Source: Clostridia bacterium
Lineage (GTDB): Bacteria > Bacillota > Clostridia > UMGS1883
Reading direction: 5' to 3'
NCBI GenBank assembly: GCA_051866635.1
Contig: JBJDXJ010000058.1
Span: forward strand, 1-64,000
Length of the DNA stretch: 64,000 nucleotides
The notes beneath the pieces were generated by a model. That model made no database searches. It was not told where the DNA came from and was given only the letters and a program-made list of their open reading frames with translations. Shown one piece after another: positions 60,516 through 64,000 of this stretch. The first letter of the stretch is position 1, and each line of letters begins with the position of its first letter. A program made the translations under genes and the position numbers.

Positions 60516-60577
60516 TTATCTTGAAATAACCGCCCGTTTAAGATATAATAAACTTATATATTGAAAGGGTGGTTATT

Positions 60578-60835
60578 TTGAAGGTAAAAGAGGGTTATAT
60601 ATTAAAAAAAGTAATGGGCAGTTATATGATTATTTCAACTGTGGATGAATCCTCCTCTATGCAAACACTTAACGAAACAGGTGCGTTTTTATGGGAGCAT
60701 CTCACAAATGACACAAATGCGGACATGCTCTGTGAAAAACTCACGGCAGAATATGATGTTGACATGGAAACTGCAAAAAAAGATGTGGAAGCATTTTTGT
60801 CGGCACTTGAAAAATCAAACCTACTTGAAAAATAA
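60578..60835 (+). CDS. PqqD-family (RiPP recognition element) protein
   Basis: 'LNETGAFLWE.L...L..EYDVD.ETAKKDV..FL..L'. Confidence 0.9.
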   Translation: MKVKEGYILKKVMGSYMIISTVDESSSMQTLNETGAFLWEHLTNDTNADMLCEKLTAEYDVDMETAKKDVEAFLSALEKSNLLEK

Positions 60836-60852
60836 TTGAAAGGGGTAGCGAT

Positions 60853-62487
60853 ATGCAAAAACCCTTAAAATGGATAATAAAAAACACAAAGTTTATGTTT
60901 TTCCCCTTGCTTTTTTTAATCTTTATATGCGTTGCAATCAGCATATGTTCAATCGCCTTTGCACTAAAGTCGGGAGAGATTATAAATTCCGTCACATCAG
61001 GCAGTGGTGACCTTGTATCACAGGGCGTGGCATTTGGTTTAATCATCGCACTTGAAATTCTTCTTAGGGTAATAAACAGCCGGATTTCAGTATCCTTTGG
61101 CGGCAGGCTTGAAATGCATTTTCGGGAAAAAGTGTTTCGTACTCTTTCCGAAAAAAAGTGGATTGAATTAAACAAGTATCACACAGGCGAATTAGTGAAC
61201 AGAATACGCCAGGACTCCTCGGTTATCACAAACGGAGTGATGCACATTCTGCCAAACGGCACTATGTTTCTTACAAGAGTTATACTGGCAATCGTTGCAC
61301 TTTTCTCAATTGACAGACAGTTTACAGTTATACTTTGCTCCGTCTCACTGGTTTTGTTGGGATTTGGCAGAATTTACAGCAAAAAGATGAAGTATTTTCA
61401 CAAGGAGGTTCAGAAAAGTGAAGGTACAAACTTAAGTTTTATGCTTGAAAGTTTGCAGAACATAGTGGTTCTGAAAGCCTTCGGCGGCGAAAAAAGTGCT
61501 GTAAAGTCTTTAAAAAAACTACATAAAGAAACACTTACGTTAAGGCTTAAGCGTAATTTATGGAACATAGCCGCAAGCGTAAGCATGATTGTTCTTTTCA
61601 CAGGTGGCTTTGCTTTTACAATTCTTTGGGGTGCATACCGACTTTCTCAAGGTGCCCTCCTTTTTGGTGATTTTACAGCCATGGTTCAGCTTATCAATCA
61701 GGTTCAGTCGCCCTTTAAGTCAATGGGGTCACTTTTGGTAACTTATCAGAATATGTTAGCCTCAGCCGAAAGACTTTTAGAGCTTGAAGAACTGAGTAGC
61801 GATATTAAAGATACTAAAGCCATTCCCAAAGATTTTGATTTTTCCTCCTTGGTATTTTCATCTGTTTCCTTTTCTTACGGCGGCGACTGTGTTTTGGACA
61901 ATGCTTCCATGGAAATTAAGAAAGGTGAATTTGTTGCCTTATCGGGCATATCAGGCAGTGGCAAAAGCACGATTATCCGTTTGCTTTTAAGCCTTGTTGA
62001 CCCGAATGGCGGAAAAATATATTTACAAGGTAACCATAATTATCCCATAAGTGCCTCCACACGAAGTATTTTCGGCTATGTTCCACAGGGCAATATGCTT
62101 ATTTCGGGAACTATCGCTGACAATATTGCTTACTACGGTTCATTTTCGCGAGAAGATATTGAAAAAGCGGCAAAAACTGCACAGATGGACTTTGCATTTT
62201 CCCTTCCCGAGGGGCTTGACACACTTTTAGGTGAAAAGGGTTCGGGTCTTTCCGAAGGGCAAATTCAGCGTATAGCCGTCGCCCGTGCATTGGTGAGAAA
62301 TTCCCCCATTCTTCTGTTGGACGAAGCTACAAGTGCATTGGACGAAGAAACGGAAATTAAGCTTCTTGATGCATTGAAAAATGAAAAGGACAAAACAGTT
62401 ATTATAATAACTCACCGTAAAAAGGTTTTTGACTACTGTGATAAAATCATAAACCTTTCCGACGGAAAACTTACTGAAATAATGTAA
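60853..62487 (+). CDS. ABC exporter, fused permease/ATPase
   Basis: GISGSGKST, LSEGQIQR, LLDEATS. Confidence 0.93.
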   Translation: MQKPLKWIIKNTKFMFFPLLFLIFICVAISICSIAFALKSGEIINSVTSGSGDLVSQGVAFGLIIALEILLRVINSRISVSFGGRLEMHFREKVFRTLSEKKWIELNKYHTGELVNRIRQDSSVITNGVMHILPNGTMFLTRVILAIVALFSIDRQFTVILCSVSLVLLGFGRIYSKKMKYFHKEVQKSEGTNLSFMLESLQNIVVLKAFGGEKSAVKSLKKLHKETLTLRLKRNLWNIAASVSMIVLFTGGFAFTILWGAYRLSQGALLFGDFTAMVQLINQVQSPFKSMGSLLVTYQNMLASAERLLELEELSSDIKDTKAIPKDFDFSSLVFSSVSFSYGGDCVLDNASMEIKKGEFVALSGISGSGKSTIIRLLLSLVDPNGGKIYLQGNHNYPISASTRSIFGYVPQGNMLISGTIADNIAYYGSFSREDIEKAAKTAQMDFAFSLPEGLDTLLGEKGSGLSEGQIQRIAVARALVRNSPILLLDEATSALDEETEIKLLDALKNEKDKTVIIITHRKKVFDYCDKIINLSDGKLTEIM

Positions 62488-62488
62488 T

Positions 62489-62536
62489 AAAAACTCCTGA
62501 AACAGATTGACAAAAATCAGTTTCAGGAGTTTTTTT
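62489..62536. terminator. Bidirectional terminator
   Basis: aaaaactcctgaaac...gtttcaggagttttt. Confidence 0.8.
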
Positions 62537-62548
62537 ACTTATTATCTG

Positions 62549-64000
62549 TTATTCCACCACATCAAGTATACAGCTTCCGCCGTTTTGCTCACGCATAACT
62601 TCACGAAGCACCTTGAAACGGTTGGGGAACATAACCTTTAATTCTCTTAAAAGCTCTCTGTCCCCTGCACAAGAGGTTGCAAACTGTACAAATTCCGCAA
62701 AATCTTCGCTTGAATTACTGCTTCCGTAGCCTGATACATAATTCATATCTGCGGCAATTGCGTTTTTCCATCTGCTTGTTCCGCATACCCAGCCCCAGCT
62801 TCCGGAAATGGAATGGCCACATTCATGTGCCGCTGTTGTTGCAAAGCTATCTGCACTCTGTTCCCACGATGTTCTTACATACATATCTTTTGCACCTGCG
62901 TTAAACTGGTTCGATGTGCTGTAATAATCCCGGATATTCGTTATGTACTTACGCATCTGATAGGGTATGTAGCTAAAGCCCTTTGCAATGTTTTTAACAG
63001 CATTTGCACTTCTGCCGTAGATTGTAACTGTCTGTTCTACTGCTGTTTTTTCGGTATCTGTATAATAAGTTGCTACAACCTTATATCCTGTTAAGTTTTC
63101 GCCACTCATACCCTTATAGCTTACATTAGACTCCACATCGCCTATGGAATATGTACCGTGTGCACCTGTAGATGATGTGGAAATACCGCGGTTAATCTGC
63201 TGTGAGGGTATATAATTAAAGAGCTGTCTTAACCTTGTTGCCTGATCCTCTTTTGTTCTTGTGAAGAATTTAGTGTCAATATATTCTAAAAGCTTGTTCC
63301 GGCGGTTACTTGACTGCCACATTGCCTGACTTGTTACACCGTAAATTCTTGCTCTTTCATTGGCAGACAAACTCAAAAATCCGGGAGATGTAAACATTTG
63401 GGAAATCTTATCATAGTTTACAATATCAAGCTCCCACCAAGCGTCCTCGATTTCGCTATTTGAGGAACCTATAAGCTTATTTCCGTTTCGTGCAAGGTAT
63501 TTACCGCTTGAACGCTGACGGATAGCATATACATTTTTCTTGCCGCCGGCTAATTCGGGATCAATTTGAATAAATCTCCAGTTGTTTATCTTATCTGTTT
63601 TCACACTGCCTGTATCCAAGGCAATATATGTTCCCGAAACATTCTTCAAGGCGTAATAGCCTTCGGCACTTTCGCCGTGCACATAGGGTGCAGACCACAA
63701 AAGGTTTGTATCTCCTTCTTTCCATGAAGCCATAGACACAGAATTTGCAAGGGAAAGATATTCATTTCCTCCGTATGCTTTAAGTGAGAATTCGTTATTT
63801 AAAAGATGGTTGTCGGGGTACTGCCATTCATAATTAAATTCATATTTTCTTTCGATTGTATAGCCTTCCGCCAAGGGGTAAATGCTTTCTGTATTTTCCC
63901 ATACAAAGCACTTTAACTTTTCTGTGTCGGTAATTTCTTTGTCAAAGCCTACCACAAAGGAATTGAGGCCGTCTTTTAATTCAACCTCATCGGTTTTAAC
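62549..64000 (-). CDS. Partial (5' end beyond window) protein with beta-trefoil-like domain and C-terminal HEXXH zinc-peptidase domain
   Basis: Frame open to the window edge; 'AHECGH...VSGYG....SEDFAE...FPNR' gluzincin-type motif. Confidence 0.8.
   Translation of the reverse strand, partial: VKTDEVELKDGLNSFVVGFDKEITDTEKLKCFVWENTESIYPLAEGYTIERKYEFNYEWQYPDNHLLNNEFSLKAYGGNEYLSLANSVSMASWKEGDTNLLWSAPYVHGESAEGYYALKNVSGTYIALDTGSVKTDKINNWRFIQIDPELAGGKKNVYAIRQRSSGKYLARNGNKLIGSSNSEIEDAWWELDIVNYDKISQMFTSPGFLSLSANERARIYGVTSQAMWQSSNRRNKLLEYIDTKFFTRTKEDQATRLRQLFNYIPSQQINRGISTSSTGAHGTYSIGDVESNVSYKGMSGENLTGYKVVATYYTDTEKTAVEQTVTIYGRSANAVKNIAKGFSYIPYQMRKYITNIRDYYSTSNQFNAGAKDMYVRTSWEQSADSFATTAAHECGHSISGSWGWVCGTSRWKNAIAADMNYVSGYGSSNSSEDFAEFVQFATSCAGDRELLRELKVMFPNRFKVLREVMREQNGGSCILDVVE

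Overview
Chromosomal segment of a low-GC Firmicute (Clostridia; the kduI/kduD/kdgK cluster and the shared 'F-x-W...P' module in secreted proteins suggest a gut/rumen polysaccharide user, which is an inference). Most of the window is housekeeping: tRNA-Pro(GGG), ylxM-ffh-rpsP-khpA, ispE, ligA, hpf, rnmV, fucO, metY, csoR-copA, rpsO-pnp-M16 peptidase, fsa-kduD-kduI-kdgK and coaX. Accessory genes are interspersed. The most notable items are: (1) a PBECR4-family putative RNase gene preceded by a perfect sigma-A promoter, a ~175-nt highly structured repeat-less RNA and an intrinsic terminator, a candidate new RNA-antitoxin (type III-like) module; (2) an unannotated 29-aa type I toxin with a convergent antisense RNA; (3) a tandem duplication at the tRNA-Pro 3' end giving a 'filled' and an 'empty' copy of a four-helix-bundle gene cassette with heptamer repeats; (4) five copies of a ~135-160-bp MITE-like element in two internal variants, plus a REP doublet and other orphan structured intergenic elements. 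No CRISPR array, rRNA, integrase, transposase or reverse transcriptase was seen. All calls come from reading sequence and motifs; no searches were run.
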